Origin: Ferruginibacter sp.
GTDB lineage: Bacteria > Bacteroidota > Bacteroidia > Chitinophagales > Chitinophagaceae
Length of the DNA: 64,000 bases
NCBI GenBank assembly: GCA_039934735.1
Contig: JBDTLP010000009.1
Span: 3,522-67,521 of the forward strand
Reading direction: 5' to 3'
Below, piece by piece: positions 63,701 to 64,000 of the stretch (positions are counted from its first letter, which is position 1; the number at the start of each line of letters is the position of its first letter). The notes beneath the pieces are model-generated. The model was given only the letters and a program-made list of their open reading frames with translations, was not told where the DNA came from and searched no databases. Made by a program: the position numbers and the translations under genes.

Positions 63701-64000
63701 AAAATGGCTTGCAGAATCTGATTTAGAAACTGTGAAATGTTTCCTGTACCATCCAATGCTAGTTTCAGGATAAGCACCGCCAACAGGTTTATAACCGTGC
63801 GATTGTACATCAAAATTTGCTGAGTTAGCAAAGGGAAGTTCAACGGCCCAATCATGTGGAAGAGAAAGCATGCGCCAGTTGCTGTCATTGAATTTTGGAT
63901 CGATGGCAGTTTCTTTAGCCGCACCTGTTTTAGCAAAGATGGTTGCGATAGAATAATTAAAATCTTTTAATGGATCATTGGCATTTCCGAAAGCGAATTT
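60707..64000 (-). CDS. GH2 beta-galactosidase fused to a C-terminal GH53 endo-beta-1,4-galactanase; N-terminus beyond the window
   Basis: The track ORF starts at M 63871, but the frame stays open to nt 64000 (KFAFGNANDPLKDF...NDSNWRMLSLPHDW). GH2 core: NAYRTSHNPP, WSIGNEE. GH53 C-terminal domain: GADISFLPELEEKG, YVRLRIFNDP, LLDFHYSDYWADPGKQ, VQIGNEINHGMMWP, IGLSYYPKWH. Confidence 0.85.
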   Translation of the reverse strand, partial: KFAFGNANDPLKDFNYSIATIFAKTGAAKETAIDPKFNDSNWRMLSLPHDWAVELPFANSANFDVQSHGYKPVGGAYPETSIGWYRKHFTVSKSDSASHFQIKFDGVFRDASFWLNGFYLGNNKSGYVGVAYDISNYLNFDKENVLVVRVDATQYEGWFYEGAGIYRHVWLDQYQPVHLKENPVFVYTTVSNNIATVNIETAVQNESLAASHITVSAIITNRDGKQIGQTDEQSISLKINEDKVVKQKLTVNMPRLWSLEDPYLYRVIPIIISGGKIIDTDKIRFGIRTIAVTTKGLFLNGKYTKIKGTNNHQDHAGVGSALPDYLQYYRVFLLKQLGVNAYRTSHNPPTPELLDACDSLGLLVLDENRLLNSSPQYMQDFEWLIKRDRGRPSVFMWSIGNEEGWVQGNNFGKKIAQSLLAKQVELDPTRVSTYAADMGNVIKGINEVIPVRSFNYREYAVSDYHKDHPLQPIMGTEMGSTVTTRGEYTKDSIKGYVPDQDITAPWWASTAETWWKLAGPNDYWLGGFVWTGLDYRGEPTPFQWPNINSHFGIMDVCGFPKNIYYYYQSWWTDKDVLHISPHWNWQGKEGTPIDVWVNSNADNVELFLNGTSLGKKDMPRYGHLQWLVNYAAGTLEAIAYKKGKKLTTKVETTGKPAEVVISPYKTTMLADGKDATVMNITVIDRQGREVPDADNLIKFSLRGDGNIIGVGNGDPSSHEVDKYFDTVAQRHLFNGKCQVIVQSGTTQSMIHFEASSDSLWKGETDISTIQPGIPHAVNTSKNTFPVIPFKSTPVDKMLGADISFLPELEEKGMKFTDNDGKQKDAIEILKDHGLNYVRLRIFNDPARDSGYSPQKGFCDLEHTKQMAKRVKVAGMKLLLDFHYSDYWADPGKQYMPAAWRGKSITALKQAVYDYTKMVVQALKDQGTTPDMVQIGNEINHGMMWPIGAINNLDSLAQLIYAGIQGVKAVSPSTTIMLHVALGGQNDESKFFFDNMIARGVPFDVIGLSYYPKWHNTLADLDYNLNDLSHRYNKDVIVVEYSQLKKEVNELGFNVAGGRGKGTCIWEPLSTWERFFEKDGKANANLLMYDELKKYLLK

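Noticed and set aside
63610-63936. 108-aa minus-strand ORF near the right edge, and nested ORFs at 61216-63317
   Set aside because: They are alternate-frame ORFs inside the GH2-GH53 gene, whose true frame stays open to nt 64000.

Overview
AT-rich Bacteroidota-type chromosome segment, judged from several T9SS C-terminal sorting domains, TAnnTTTG-like -7 boxes and a Bacteroidetes-type integrase. No rRNA, tRNA or CRISPR array was found.

Layout:
- 1-6.5 kb: integrase-proximal end of an integrative element (primase/helicase, GH108-like lysozyme, excisionase-type HTH, tyrosine integrase, all on the minus strand).
- 7-17 kb: two giant T9SS-secreted proteins sharing a paralogous C-terminal stalk, separated by a decayed IS200/RAYT-like transposase pseudogene.
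- 17.3-21.2 kb: unannotated micro-ORF cluster, TMTC-like GT-C glycosyltransferase and a GT2.
- 21.2-34.3 kb: four-helix-bundle gene cassette, TPR adenylate cyclase, a 1914-aa S8 peptidase/MBG-repeat T9SS protein, an MFS-HEAT protein, a cNMP-binding protein and an HD protein.
- 34.7-41.9 kb: second micro-ORF pair, SDR, HTTM protein, SatD-like/DUF3307 pair, secreted proteins.
- 42-51 kb: housekeeping genes (acyl-CoA carboxyltransferase, rnhA, xerD, YraN, GT2, exonuclease, ytxJ).
- 51.4-56.2 kb: a 1599-aa exonuclease-RecQ-UvrD fusion helicase.
- 56.6-64 kb: galactan/galactose cluster (galM, SGLT, galK, GH2-GH53 fusion running off the right edge).

Most interesting signals:
1. Four to five paralogous ~55-58-aa ORFs, missed by the ORF track, with an almost invariant C-terminal DLWNIQR(R/Q)RR..V(I)R tail, in two tandem clusters.
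2. A pervasive family of gene-end hairpins whose arms are short-period (mostly 7-nt) tandem repeats that start at or overlap stop codons.
3. Two genes (the four-helix-bundle gene and the 4.8-kb helicase) that look like cassettes inserted into such hairpins, flanked by direct repeats of the left arm.
4. A GC-rich, multi-helix ~300-nt element at 42.0-42.3 kb.
5. A REP-like palindromic element present in two copies.
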